This document shows, piece after piece, positions 26,342 through 36,660 of a stretch of 60,804 nucleotides of DNA. The stretch's first letter is position 1; every line of letters starts with the position of its first letter. The DNA lies in IMG/VR virus record IMGVR_UViG_3300048592_000232, positions 1 to 60,804 of that record. The stretch is one strand, 5' to 3'. The notes beneath the pieces are model-generated. The model did not search any database. It saw only the letters and a program-made list of their open reading frames with translations, and was not told the origin of the DNA. A program made the translations under genes and the position numbers. This DNA comes from a virus. Lineage: Duplodnaviria; Caudoviricetes.

Positions 26342-27208
26342 TTACGCCCGGCTTGCATCGTAGCGAATCCGGTTGCGCGCCAGCGTGTCGTACCAGAAGC
26401 GCAGCCACGTGCCGCCCAGCGGCTTTGGCGGCCTTCCCTTCTCGATGTGGTAGCCCTCCCCGGCTGCCCATTCGTCTTTGTACGTTGCAGAGGACACATG
26501 AAGCTGATCGTAGGTGTACGTGTGTCCTTGCGATGTGACGCCCGCCTTCGGTATCCACATCTGCCACGCTTCGTGGATATGGCCTGACAGGAAAATGTGA
26601 GCGCCGTCAATCATGGCCGAACGTCGATTCGTGTCGATAACGCCGCGCGTCACCGCGCCGCCGCCGCCTGATCCATGGTGGTAGTAGCAGCGAAACGCCG
26701 AACGCGTGCGCTTCTCCGCCTCGCCTGACAGGAATCGAAAGAGCATCCAGCCGCTGTAGGGCATAGCCTCCACGCCAAGCGCAGCCGCAAGCCGTTTGGT
26801 CGGATTCGTGCCAAGCCGTTTGCGCACCGCTGACTCGTGGTTGCCTTCGCTGACCATGAGGATGTTGGAAGCGTAGGGAGAGAGGAACGCTTGTGCATCG
26901 ATGAGTACCTGATCCAGGTAGTCAATCAGGTACTCGGCCTTCATCGATGCGCCGTCTCGCCGTGGGTCGTCACGACCTTGCATCAAGTCGAGCGTGTCGC
27001 CAAGCAGGATGATTCCTGCTTGGCGCTCCATTGCCTGATCAAGATGCGCCCGCAACAGCGTTCGGTCGCAGTGCGGATTGTCGAAGTGAATGTCGCTGGC
27101 GATCAGGAAGTGCCGCTCCCATCCTGCCGCAGCGTCATCGCTTTCAATCAGCAGGACATTGCTTGCCTTTCGTCGCACCGCCAGCCCCGCCGATTGTGTT
27201 TCGCTCAC
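26342..27208 (-). CDS. Calcineurin-like metallophosphoesterase
   Basis: SDIH, GD..D, GNHE, HHG, GHIH motifs. Confidence 0.85.
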   Translation of the reverse strand: MSETQSAGLAVRRKASNVLLIESDDAAAGWERHFLIASDIHFDNPHCDRTLLRAHLDQAMERQAGIILLGDTLDLMQGRDDPRRDGASMKAEYLIDYLDQVLIDAQAFLSPYASNILMVSEGNHESAVRKRLGTNPTKRLAAALGVEAMPYSGWMLFRFLSGEAEKRTRSAFRCYYHHGSGGGGAVTRGVIDTNRRSAMIDGAHIFLSGHIHEAWQMWIPKAGVTSQGHTYTYDQLHVSSATYKDEWAAGEGYHIEKGRPPKPLGGTWLRFWYDTLARNRIRYDASRA

Positions 27209-27916
27209 TGTGTTGGTTCCTCCGCTAATCCTTCCGGCTGACCCGCACTCGGCGCCACAAACCCCACGTCCGTACTGACAATCTGCCAATCATCTGGCAC
27301 GTCTAGCAACTCTCTCGCCGTCGCAATCACATCATTGATACGCTGCTGCTGCTGCTGCAACAGCGCCTGCATCGTCTGTTGCTCTTGCAGTGCCCGCTCC
27401 AGGATGGCCCGTGTCTTGGCCGGTAACGCAATCGGTGTCACTTTCTTACTCATCTTATTCTTCTTCCTGTTGGGTTGGCATTGCTGTCAGCGCCGCCAAC
27501 ATCTCATTCATACGCGTTGCAATTTCCGCCGCTGCCCCGGCCTGATCATCTAGCCAGTCAGCCACCGTCCATGTCCAGGCTGGCAGCGCCAGCAGCATAT
27601 TGATCAGCCGCGTGATCCCCTCCTTCGCCGGGTCGGGCATTCCCGGCATTGCCTGCGGCGCGGTGAATCCGCCCAGATTGACGCCCTGCACGGCGAGAGC
27701 ATTCTCCAGAAAGGTGCGCTCCGTCCGTGCGATCTGCCGTGCAATCAGATGCTCTGCTGTCGCCTGTCCTGCCATTTCAAGCACATCGATCTGCATGAGA
27801 ATCGCTGTCGCCGCCTTCCAACGTTCGACGCCAACGACCGTCAGCGCGCCAGCCACCTGCCGCCGAAAGGTCGGCGAGGCGACGAACGTTTCGATCTGTA
27901 GTGAATCCGATAGCAT
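27205..27916 (-). CDS. Two small genes downstream of the tail fibre (27455-27916, 27205-27453), probable fibre accessory/chaperones
   Basis: Position, RBSs, coiled-coil character. Confidence 0.5.
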
Positions 27917-27928
27917 AAGACCCCTCCT

Positions 27929-30900
27929 TTATCTCTTGTACACACAGTTGATTGACACGACCTGATTGGCGTTCACTGCCGCGCTAACGCGCACAATGCC
28001 GGTTGACAGTACATCCAGCGAACAGCCGAGGTTATTGGCTGTCGTTGCAAATTTCTGGTGTACGGAAGGTCGCAAATCGGCGACCAGCGTCGCAATAGTG
28101 GCGTTTGCGGCCTGATTGCTGCTCGGCAACACCAGCCCCCTCAGCACCACCCAATCGCCAAACACGGCATACTGCGCAGTCGCCCACCCCGATCCGTTGT
28201 TACCCCAGGGCGAGGTGAGCGTGAGGGTTGTCCAGGACGTACCGATTGTGCCACCTGATCGCACGTTGGCGTTGAGCAGGATCGTAGTGGCATCTAACGT
28301 CGTCGTCCCGGACTCATTCGCCAACGTGACCGAGTTGCCACCGGAAAATGATGTGCGCACCATCAAACCGATTGCATATACGCCCGCGTTGGTCGCCACA
28401 CCAAAGTACGCGGTCGCATCGCCATTCAAATAGCCATGAGCGAAAGCACGCAGCACATTGTGCGATGCACTCGCCTTGTACGCTCGGATACCAGCAACTC
28501 GATTTGTGTTCGTGATCGGAAACGCCGTGCCCCAGTCAATGGTGCGCATTTCCGGTGCTGTCGGCTCTGTCGTAGTCGCCAACAGCCCAATGCCACTGGA
28601 TGTGTTGAAATGCACCTGCGTGACGCCTGCTGTCTGCGCTACAATCTCACCACTGTCGATGTTCCAGCCGTTGAGATTGCTGTTTTTTGTCCCGCTGCCT
28701 ACCCGGATGCTGGCCCCGTTGATCAGCGTCGAGATGCCTGAGTTGGCGAGGTTGGTGTCGGCTTTGCCAGCCAGCCCGGTTGAGAGCGCGGTCGTCGTCG
28801 CGGCGTTCCCACTTACCACGTTGATTGCCCCACTCACCGTCAACGTCGTACCGTCCCAGGACATATAGTTACTGCCTGCTCCGGCGTTGACGTAGAACCT
28901 ACCGGCGCTGTCCATGTAGGTGCGCCAAGCCGTGCCTGTCCAGTAGCCCATATAGTCTGCGCCAAGAAGCAGACCGGCATAGCCTGCACCCGGATTCGCC
29001 CCCCAGTTGACGCCAGGATCGACCCGGCTTTGAATAATGCCACCCGACGAGATGGCGGTCGTAATACGCCCATCGGTCAACTCAGCCGGACGACCGGTCA
29101 GGTTCGTACCCCACGCTGCCCCAACCGTTGCATTGTCAGCAGGCTTGCCTGTACCAGTCACTTGCGTTGACCACGTTACACTGCTCTGCGTCGCCAGTGC
29201 GCCTGCATCTGAGAAGGAACCGATGCCCGACGATCCGGACTGGATGACGATTGCACCGTTGATGGTCAACGTCGTGCCATTCCATGCCATGTAGTTACTG
29301 CCTGCTCCGGCGTTGACATAGAAGCGCCCGGCATTGTCCATGTAGGTGCGCCAAGCCGTGCCTGTCCAGTAGCCCATGTAATCGCCACCGAGCAGCAGAC
29401 CGGCATAGCCCGCGCCAGGATTCGCACCCCAGTTGACGCCAGGATCGACCCGGCTAACCACGATGCCGCTAGAGTTGAGCGCCGCAGGTATACGCCCATC
29501 GGTCAACTCGGTCGGGCGACCGGTCAGGTTCGTTGCCCAGGCTGCTCCCACTGTCGCGTTGTCAGCAGGCTTGCCTGTACCGGCGACCTGAGTCGCCCAG
29601 TTTGCGCTGTTCGCCGTCGCTAGCGCGCCCTGCCCGGCGATGGAGTTGGCGGCCCCACCCGGCGTTGATGCGCCTGCATAGTTGACGCCCGAAAACGACC
29701 CGGTGATAACGACTGTGCCGCGCACGGTGAGGTTCGTACCATCCCAATGGATGCCCTGCGCTAGTGCTCCGGTTGTGATTGTTCCGACCCGGAATTGATA
29801 AGCACCCCCGGACAACCCCATCCAAATACCGGAGTTGGTAAGCGGCGCGGTCGGCAGGGGCGACCCCATTGCGAAGGATGGTGCGTTGTTGCTACTGCCC
29901 GCTGAGAGCAGGACGGTATTGTTCGCTCCATCGTAGAGAGCGAGCGGCACGTTGCGCAACTCGACCACCTCCGACGAGGCTCGGAAATACCGACTGGTCA
30001 CCGTCGTGCCATTGCCGGCAAACAAGCCAAACTCATTGGCGACGTTGGTGATGCCGCGCAGATTCCCGAAGCGTGCGCGCACCGTCTGCGTCGCCGGATG
30101 CGTCTGCCACGTGACGACCTGCGCGTAGGGAGAATTTAGCCCATACGCTCCGTCGATGGCGTTGACTTCGTAAAAGCCGTTCCCCGAAACGCCGAAATCG
30201 AGCACGAGCGCATCGACCGGAATCACGCCTGTGGCGGCGCCCGCAGTGGCGTGCCGCGTGAATGTCCACGTCTGCGTGCCATCCGTCTGATCGGCATAGG
30301 CTGTCACCGTACCCCATGCCCACCCGACCGTGAGCGATCCGCTCGCTCGGCTGAATACGCGCATGGCAACGAAATCGCCGGTCTGGAATACCGCCATGTT
30401 GGGCGCAGAAGGCAGGTCACGGACGCGCAGCGTTCCGGTAGCACCCGCAGCAGGCAGCGTGAAGGCAACTGCTACTACCGCCACCGACTTGGCAATGATC
30501 TGCCCCCCGGCCAACGCCTGCTCAAGGTCGGCAATAAAGCTCTTGACGTGCATCTCGTCAGCAAAGAGATAGCGAAAGTCGCCCTCGCCCAAATCAGTGA
30601 TCCGCCAGCCGGTCGTCTGGCTGGCATAGCTGCTCGCCTGAATCGCATCGCCGCTCGCCATGCGCACCAGTCCGCTGCCTGGATTGAGGATCAGGTCAAG
30701 CGTAGGAGAGATCGTCATGCTGACGCCCGCTGCCGTGTCGAGCAGAGGCGTGCGCACCCTGGTCGTACCGGTCAACTGCACCAACGTCAGGAAGCCGCTC
30801 GCATCGCTTGCCAGCAGGCGCGCAGCCGCTCCTGGATCGCTGCTGCTCGTGATAGCGTGCGTGTGATCTGCTCTCGCGAGATTTGCACTTGTCCCTGTCG

Positions 30901-31678
30901 TGTTCGTGCTGGCGACATTCAGCGTCGAGGCTGAACCAGTCGCAATCGCATGAGTATGATCCGCACGCACCAAATTTGTACTTGTGCCTGCTGCATTCGT
31001 TGTCGCGGCACTCAGTCCAACGGCCGCGGCTGTCGCAATGGCGTGCGTGTGGCTCCCGGCCGCGCTGTTGGTCGTTGCAGCGGTCAAGCCACCCGGCGTC
31101 GTCAGTGCCACCGTATCGGCTGCGACCGTAATCCCGTCGCCAGCACCAACCGCAAATGCGCCACTCACGAATGTCAGCCCGCTTCCGGCAAAGGTCGAGA
31201 GCGCGGTATAGGCAGGCGTGTAGGGAGATGCTCCTGTAACCGGCACTTGGTATTGCGCACTGCCATTCGCCAGCCCAACGGTATCGGCGGCCACGGCGAT
31301 CAGCGTGCCCGCTCCGACGTTCAAAGACACGTCTGAGGATAGTGCTCCGCCACCGGTCAGCCCGTTCCCGGCCAGCACCTGCCTCGACGTGCGCACCACG
31401 GTATTGTTGACGGCGACCTGCTGACCAGTAACGCTCATGCCGTCGCCAGCGGTCACCGGCGAATGGTGTGCGGAGGCGTTCCCGGCGTGCGCGATTATAT
31501 CCGTCTTCGTGGCTGCCCACGGCGCCTGTGCAGCGCTTAGCAGGCCGGTATGGCTTGGACCATCCAGCGCATGAATCGCCATCCCGCCCGCCGCACTGCC
31601 GGAGCCTCCGACCGCTTCGGCGATCCAGCCCCGCACAATGGCCTCAAGTCCTGTTGCCGCCTCGGTGTATCGCTGCAT
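27929..31678 (-). CDS. Tail fibre / receptor-binding protein
   Basis: AGNGLTGGG repeats, ARADHTH motifs, internal 142-aa duplication, C-terminal tip domain (LRGLV...DLRP). Confidence 0.8.
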   Translation of the reverse strand: MQRYTEAATGLEAIVRGWIAEAVGGSGSAAGGMAIHALDGPSHTGLLSAAQAPWAATKTDIIAHAGNASAHHSPVTAGDGMSVTGQQVAVNNTVVRTSRQVLAGNGLTGGGALSSDVSLNVGAGTLIAVAADTVGLANGSAQYQVPVTGASPYTPAYTALSTFAGSGLTFVSGAFAVGAGDGITVAADTVALTTPGGLTAATTNSAAGSHTHAIATAAAVGLSAATTNAAGTSTNLVRADHTHAIATGSASTLNVASTNTTGTSANLARADHTHAITSSSDPGAAARLLASDASGFLTLVQLTGTTRVRTPLLDTAAGVSMTISPTLDLILNPGSGLVRMASGDAIQASSYASQTTGWRITDLGEGDFRYLFADEMHVKSFIADLEQALAGGQIIAKSVAVVAVAFTLPAAGATGTLRVRDLPSAPNMAVFQTGDFVAMRVFSRASGSLTVGWAWGTVTAYADQTDGTQTWTFTRHATAGAATGVIPVDALVLDFGVSGNGFYEVNAIDGAYGLNSPYAQVVTWQTHPATQTVRARFGNLRGITNVANEFGLFAGNGTTVTSRYFRASSEVVELRNVPLALYDGANNTVLLSAGSSNNAPSFAMGSPLPTAPLTNSGIWMGLSGGAYQFRVGTITTGALAQGIHWDGTNLTVRGTVVITGSFSGVNYAGASTPGGAANSIAGQGALATANSANWATQVAGTGKPADNATVGAAWATNLTGRPTELTDGRIPAALNSSGIVVSRVDPGVNWGANPGAGYAGLLLGGDYMGYWTGTAWRTYMDNAGRFYVNAGAGSNYMAWNGTTLTINGAIVIQSGSSGIGSFSDAGALATQSSVTWSTQVTGTGKPADNATVGAAWGTNLTGRPAELTDGRITTAISSGGIIQSRVDPGVNWGANPGAGYAGLLLGADYMGYWTGTAWRTYMDSAGRFYVNAGAGSNYMSWDGTTLTVSGAINVVSGNAATTTALSTGLAGKADTNLANSGISTLINGASIRVGSGTKNSNLNGWNIDSGEIVAQTAGVTQVHFNTSSGIGLLATTTEPTAPEMRTIDWGTAFPITNTNRVAGIRAYKASASHNVLRAFAHGYLNGDATAYFGVATNAGVYAIGLMVRTSFSGGNSVTLANESGTTTLDATTILLNANVRSGGTIGTSWTTLTLTSPWGNNGSGWATAQYAVFGDWVVLRGLVLPSSNQAANATIATLVADLRPSVHQKFATTANNLGCSLDVLSTGIVRVSAAVNANQVVSINCVYKR

Positions 31679-31679
31679 T

Positions 31680-33713
31680 TTATCCCTCGCTCAATCCTTG
31701 CCCCCACCCCTTCGCACTGGTAGGCGATACGGTGTAGGTTTGCGTGCGAGCGTCATACTCGACTTCTTCGGCGTACATCCACGACATATTCGACAATGTG
31801 TCGTCCAGATTCCCCGGCCATGCGATGCGCACCCACTCACCAGGGAAGAGAGACCCTTCGTCAATCGGGTCGCCCGAAATGCCCTTCACGCCTTGCGCCG
31901 TCCAGGAAATGCGCGGCGTCGTCGGCGGCGTCGTGGAGGCTGGCGTAATCAGCACGCCCCGCTCCTCCGTCACCTGCACGGCAAGCCGATACACATCGGT
32001 CGTCCCGTAAGTCGAAGCGCCCATATCGAGCAGCTTGGCAACCTCTACCGCCGCTGTCGTGTCGCCAGGTCGGTAGATGATCGACAAAATACCGGTCTTG
32101 TTGTCAGTTGCCGTCCCATACACCATTACGCCTGTGATGTACGGTGCGCAAGCATAATTGAGGATGTCAATCATCTGCGTGCCGGTGTCGTCCTCTCCCC
32201 ACAGACGATAGGCAAGATTCCATGTCGTGCTCTGATAGGCAGTGCCATCCCACAGGCGCATGTTCGACGAACCCGCCGCCGTGTCGATAGCGACGGCGTA
32301 GTAATTCTCCGGGTCTGGATCGCCGTCCCGCTCGATGACGATCCAGAAGTCGCCAGGCAAGCCGCCCTCGTCGTAGGTAAAATCGAACATCTTCCAGGTC
32401 GCTGTCGTGCCGATCTCCGCGGCGGTCAGGTAGGAGGATGCAATTTCACTGCCCGGTGCGCCGCCGTCGTCGATGCGAACGATGACGGTCAACCAGTCGC
32501 TCGGATTGCCAATCTTGCGCACCTTGAGCGCCACTCGCCCAAACTTCGCCCACGGTTGCGTCAGGGTAATTCGCTGCGCAATGCGCAAGCCGACCAATTC
32601 ACAGTTGATCCCCGATGTGCCCGGCGTCACCGAAGTCGGCGCGGCAGTCAAGCTGACGGCGTTTCCCTGCGTAATCGTCACCGTGTAGCCCGACACGTTT
32701 TCATCTTGAGTGAGGCTGTCCCACTTGAACGCCGTCGCGATATGCGTATTGCCGTCGCTGGGTCCATCATCCATGATGTAGTGCCCATCGTTGTACAGGC
32801 TTCCTGCGATACGGATTGGGTTGTACCGCTCGAAGGCTGACATGTCGGTATACTTCAAGTCATCCGACATTTCAATGCGGATGGACGCACTGTCCACGAT
32901 CTGCGTGCCCTCGAAGCTGGTCGTCTCTTGCACCTGCCACAGGCCATTGTTGGCGACTGCGTTCGAGATGCGAAACCGGTCGCCCACCTTGATGCCGTCA
33001 GCGTGCAGCCTTGCCCCGATGTCACACAGCAGGTTGCGCCCGTCGATATTGTCCGCAAAGCCAATGTCGTCACTGTCATAGATTGCCCAGCCGACAACCT
33101 GCTCGGCATTGTCGGATTCGTACTCGATGCGTCCGCTCTCTTGTGCGTAGTAACGCCATTCCGCCGTTGTCAGCAGCCCCTTGCAGAAGAGCGTCGCCTT
33201 CGTTTCGCCTCCACCAATTGACGGGTTGCCGGTTGGCGTGGCGATCCGTTCCAGCATCCTGTCGCGCAGATTCACCGCAACCGCTTCCGTCATCTCACTG
33301 CGCGATAGCACCATCTCCTTGATACCGTAGTTGCTGATCGACACGTCACTTTGCGCCCATTCCGTGTCGCCGCGCTGCACCGTCCCGTTCGGGTCGCTGT
33401 AGGTGTAGATCGTCTTGATACGATTGCTCATGCCATCCAGGGACAGCGTAGCCGTTACGCCTGAAATGGATACCTCAATCTCGTTGACGTACCCGATCCA
33501 CACCGTCACCCCGGCGTCATTGATGATGCGCACGCCGAAGCGCAGCCACGCCGACAGCGAAGCCAGGGCGTCCGGGTCACCGCGCACATCAATGCGCGCC
33601 GTTTTGTAGCCAATCTTGTCGTTAGCTGATAGGCGACCGACCGTTAGTGTCAGATCGTCCGGCGTGTTGATCGGTGCGAAGTCTCGATTCAGAATCACGG
33701 CGTGCAGCGTCAT
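31680..33713 (-). CDS. Minor tail / baseplate hub (Tal-position) protein
   Basis: Between Dit-position gene and fibre; SISNYGIKE motif typical of siphovirus tail tips. Confidence 0.65.
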   Translation of the reverse strand: MTLHAVILNRDFAPINTPDDLTLTVGRLSANDKIGYKTARIDVRGDPDALASLSAWLRFGVRIINDAGVTVWIGYVNEIEVSISGVTATLSLDGMSNRIKTIYTYSDPNGTVQRGDTEWAQSDVSISNYGIKEMVLSRSEMTEAVAVNLRDRMLERIATPTGNPSIGGGETKATLFCKGLLTTAEWRYYAQESGRIEYESDNAEQVVGWAIYDSDDIGFADNIDGRNLLCDIGARLHADGIKVGDRFRISNAVANNGLWQVQETTSFEGTQIVDSASIRIEMSDDLKYTDMSAFERYNPIRIAGSLYNDGHYIMDDGPSDGNTHIATAFKWDSLTQDENVSGYTVTITQGNAVSLTAAPTSVTPGTSGINCELVGLRIAQRITLTQPWAKFGRVALKVRKIGNPSDWLTVIVRIDDGGAPGSEIASSYLTAAEIGTTATWKMFDFTYDEGGLPGDFWIVIERDGDPDPENYYAVAIDTAAGSSNMRLWDGTAYQSTTWNLAYRLWGEDDTGTQMIDILNYACAPYITGVMVYGTATDNKTGILSIIYRPGDTTAAVEVAKLLDMGASTYGTTDVYRLAVQVTEERGVLITPASTTPPTTPRISWTAQGVKGISGDPIDEGSLFPGEWVRIAWPGNLDDTLSNMSWMYAEEVEYDARTQTYTVSPTSAKGWGQGLSEG

Positions 33714-34966
33714 GCCGATAACCTCCGTGGCCGATACCACGCACGCACCGTCACAATGTTGGTGGGCAACGTCCCGGTCTGCGTGTCAACCAGGATAATA
33801 AGCCGCTGATTCCTGCCAGGAAAGACATTCAGCTTGCCAGCAAATGAGCCGAAGACGAACGAACGCTGTGAAGATTGCAGGAGCCACGCCCGATCTTCAA
33901 TCCAGTCGAAGTTCAGCACGCCCCCGACAGCCACGACGCCACCCATCTGGCTGATTCTCGAAAACGCATCGGTGGGCAAGATGAAAAGCTCATTCAGGTC
34001 AACAGAGCCGGAGCCGAACCCCTGCACGATGATGCTTAGCGCCGCGTTGCTTGACGTACCGCCGCCCGGAGGCAACGGTGTGCCGCCCAAGTCCAACAGG
34101 CGGCTGCTCCCGCCCTGCACGGAGACCGAAGGTCGCCACACCTCCCCGCCGCCGCTCTGGATGGACGCGCGGAAGAAGGCGCTTGTCGTCGTGTTGGCCG
34201 CCGTCGTTGCCAGTAGGCGAAAGCGCCTTCCTGCTGCGCTTTCCACCGCCGTTGCGCCAAGCGTAAACGCCTCGACCGTCTGCCAGATGTTGATCAGACT
34301 CACGCCGCCCACCGCCGAATTAATCAAATGCGTCATGTTGGCGGGCGCGCCTTCAGCGTTGTTGCTGAAGTAGAAGTTGCGTGAGGACAGCGTGCCAGCC
34401 GTGTTGGTGATCTCCATCCGCACTGGCGCTGGTACGTCGCCGCCGATGCTCGTACTCTGAATGTTGGCGTAGGGCAACGTGGTCAGTGTGATGTTGCGCC
34501 CGCCTACGCCATCCGTCATGTTGGCGGCGGTAGACATCGGAATCTCTTGCTCTGCGCCTTCCCAGAACGGGTTTCGCTCGACAATCAACCTGACAGGCAA
34601 AATGTTGTTGCCCCACGCCCGGAAGGTGTCCTTATCGGGCAGCAGTGCGCCGTCGAAAATCTCCGAGCGCAGATAAGTCGCCTCATTCATCGGGCGCCAT
34701 TCCAGGTAGATGCGTGCGCCCGCCTGATTCTTGGCGCGCGTCTGCGCTCGATGCAGCAACCGCAGGATGGACGTTTTCGCCGCGTCCACTGCCGCCCGAT
34801 TTGCGCCATACAGATGAAGCTCAATCTCTTCCGTCAACGTCTTTCCGGCGTCGTAGTCTGCCATGCTTGCCTGCGTCGGCGTGTAGCTCATCAGCCGAGA
34901 GGACGTAGCTGTCAAATCGAACGTCACACTGAGGTCAGGAGCCGACAAGCGCAAACTGTGTGTCAT
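33710..34966 (-). CDS. Distal tail (Dit-like) protein
   Basis: PFWEG and GDVPAPVRMEI motifs; ends WYRPRRL. Confidence 0.65.
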   Translation of the reverse strand: MTHSLRLSAPDLSVTFDLTATSSRLMSYTPTQASMADYDAGKTLTEEIELHLYGANRAAVDAAKTSILRLLHRAQTRAKNQAGARIYLEWRPMNEATYLRSEIFDGALLPDKDTFRAWGNNILPVRLIVERNPFWEGAEQEIPMSTAANMTDGVGGRNITLTTLPYANIQSTSIGGDVPAPVRMEITNTAGTLSSRNFYFSNNAEGAPANMTHLINSAVGGVSLINIWQTVEAFTLGATAVESAAGRRFRLLATTAANTTTSAFFRASIQSGGGEVWRPSVSVQGGSSRLLDLGGTPLPPGGGTSSNAALSIIVQGFGSGSVDLNELFILPTDAFSRISQMGGVVAVGGVLNFDWIEDRAWLLQSSQRSFVFGSFAGKLNVFPGRNQRLIILVDTQTGTLPTNIVTVRAWYRPRRLSA

Positions 34967-35676
34967 AAGTCCCTCAGTAGTAAGAAAATGCCGACGATGC
35001 CACCCAGAACAATCATTACCTCAATCACGACAACACCCACCAGCACATTGATGATTGTGCTCATGTGCCTTGTCAAGCGCTCGACAGCAAAGTTCAACGT
35101 GTCGGTTGTCTGGCGAATGAAGTGAATCTCCGCTTGCAGATTGCCCATTGAGTTTTGTTGCTGCCTCGTAGCCGAGCGGGTTGAACGTGTGGCGGGAAAG
35201 AACCGATACCGGTTATCGACCTCTCGCACTCTATCGTATGCCTCTTGCAGATTGTCCGTGTCGTTCAGGGACTCGGCCAGCATTCTGCCCATGCGCCACG
35301 CGCTGACATCCTCGATCCCGCTTGGGTCAGCCACGGCGATTACATCCATGCCGGCGCGCGTGTAGATGTGCGCTGCACTGTCGGACTCGCACATATTCAG
35401 CACCACCCACGACACCCCGGCCTCGGCAAACGCTACGGCCAGAACGCCATGCGGTACGATGCCGGATTGCAGCAGGACACCTTCGGCGTTGGCGTGCGAA
35501 GCTACCCAGACGCCATCGAAAGGCGCCATCGAAACCAGTGCGTTGTAGACATCATTCTCGGTGACGGTGCCTTGCAGAATGTGACGAGGACGCAGCGAAT
35601 TTACCACCGACATCGCTTCTGGTACGACAAATTCCAGATCGGGGTGGAACGGTGCTATCAGAAGCGTCTCACACAT
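34963..35676 (-). CDS. CHAT-domain (caspase-fold) protease with C-terminal coiled coil and TM anchor
   Basis: L..V..E; DGVWVASH(61)A; VVLNMC(96)ES; VIA...IED.SA; C-terminal VLVGVVVIEVMIVLGGIVGIFLLL. Confidence 0.65.
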   Translation of the reverse strand: MCETLLIAPFHPDLEFVVPEAMSVVNSLRPRHILQGTVTENDVYNALVSMAPFDGVWVASHANAEGVLLQSGIVPHGVLAVAFAEAGVSWVVLNMCESDSAAHIYTRAGMDVIAVADPSGIEDVSAWRMGRMLAESLNDTDNLQEAYDRVREVDNRYRFFPATRSTRSATRQQQNSMGNLQAEIHFIRQTTDTLNFAVERLTRHMSTIINVLVGVVVIEVMIVLGGIVGIFLLLRDL

Positions 35677-35708
35677 CTAGCAAGCCTTTCAGGTAAGAGG
35701 AATCGTTT

Positions 35709-35809
35709 GTGAATATCACTATAGCTGATATTCACACTCAATTGCAAACTTACCATATCACCCCTACTGGTAGAATCGTCGGGGATCGGGGGAAACCCCC
35801 GACGATGTT
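35709..35809 (-). promoter_or_regulatory. Hairpin, promoter and perfect palindromic operator upstream of the CHAT gene
   Basis: TGTGAATATCA-N7-TGATATTCACA at 35709-35737 over TTGCAA-18-TATAGT; atcgtcgggg...ccccgacgat hairpin at 35774-35806. Confidence 0.6.
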
Positions 35810-36124
35810 CTAGCTCGCCGAGTGCAGGTTGACGACCTCGTACACGTACTGTGCCACCACCTGATCGGCGTCCCCGTAGACGCCTGTCACCGTCACCACA
35901 TGGCGCTCTGTCGCCAGAGACGCCGACACGATGACGTTGTCGCTAGGCGTCAAGACAATTTCTACCGACGCAGCAGACGACACCGCCGTCGCTTCTCGAA
36001 TTGGCGTGCGTGTCAGCGCGTCGTCAACCCGATAGGTGATGCTGGTAGGCTGCTGAAGCGTCCCCGCTTTGTTGAGGAAGCTCGCCAGCAGATAGGCCGT
36101 GCTCTGTTCGTTCACCTGCTGCAT
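35810..36124 (-). CDS. Virion accessory protein (beta-rich)
   Basis: RBS GGAG; tail module context. Confidence 0.55.
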   Translation of the reverse strand: MQQVNEQSTAYLLASFLNKAGTLQQPTSITYRVDDALTRTPIREATAVSSAASVEIVLTPSDNVIVSASLATERHVVTVTGVYGDADQVVAQYVYEVVNLHSAS

Positions 36125-36133
36125 GGCACGCTC

Positions 36134-36649
36134 CTAGCTAATCGTCAACGAAACGTCCACTGTCCACGTCTGCCCGCTCGCCTTCGTGCCCTGCGCACTG
36201 ACGCGCCGGTTCAGGTTCGTTCCGGCGTTGCTGTTGCCGTTGACAATCGAGAACTCGTTCCAAGCAATGTTGGCGTCATCGCTGCCGAAGACGGCGCGCC
36301 ACGTCACCGTTTGTCCGCTGCGACTCGGATAGCCGGACTCCATCGGGCGAAACGTCGTTGTACTGCCGAGTAAGCCAGTCTGTGCCGCCGCCGCCGCCGT
36401 GCTATCCTCACCGACGCCGATATAGGCGTTGGCGTTGGCGTAGGTCGTGCCGCCCGCACCAATCAGCAGATCGAGCAGCAACTGAATGCCCTCGTTCAAC
36501 AAAACATTCCCTTCAATCTCCGAGACGCCTGGCAGGACTTGCCCATCTTCGCACGGGATGGGCGTAGGCGTCCCCGCCTGAAACGCTGCGTTGTCGGCGT
36601 AGCGGCGCACCGTCCAATGCGTGCAGTAACTCAGTTTGTCGTCAATCAT
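36134..36649 (-). CDS. Tail-associated structural protein
   Basis: NVLLNEG...IGVG...AAQTGL...ANIAWNE pattern seen in fibre/whisker N-terminal domains. Confidence 0.6.
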   Translation of the reverse strand: MIDDKLSYCTHWTVRRYADNAAFQAGTPTPIPCEDGQVLPGVSEIEGNVLLNEGIQLLLDLLIGAGGTTYANANAYIGVGEDSTAAAAAQTGLLGSTTTFRPMESGYPSRSGQTVTWRAVFGSDDANIAWNEFSIVNGNSNAGTNLNRRVSAQGTKASGQTWTVDVSLTIS

Positions 36650-36660
36650 TCCCTTCTCCT

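Noticed and set aside
28825-29635. Tail-fibre duplication as a DGR template/variable repeat pair
   Set aside because: Both copies are in frame in one ORF, differences are not adenine-specific, and no reverse transcriptase gene is visible
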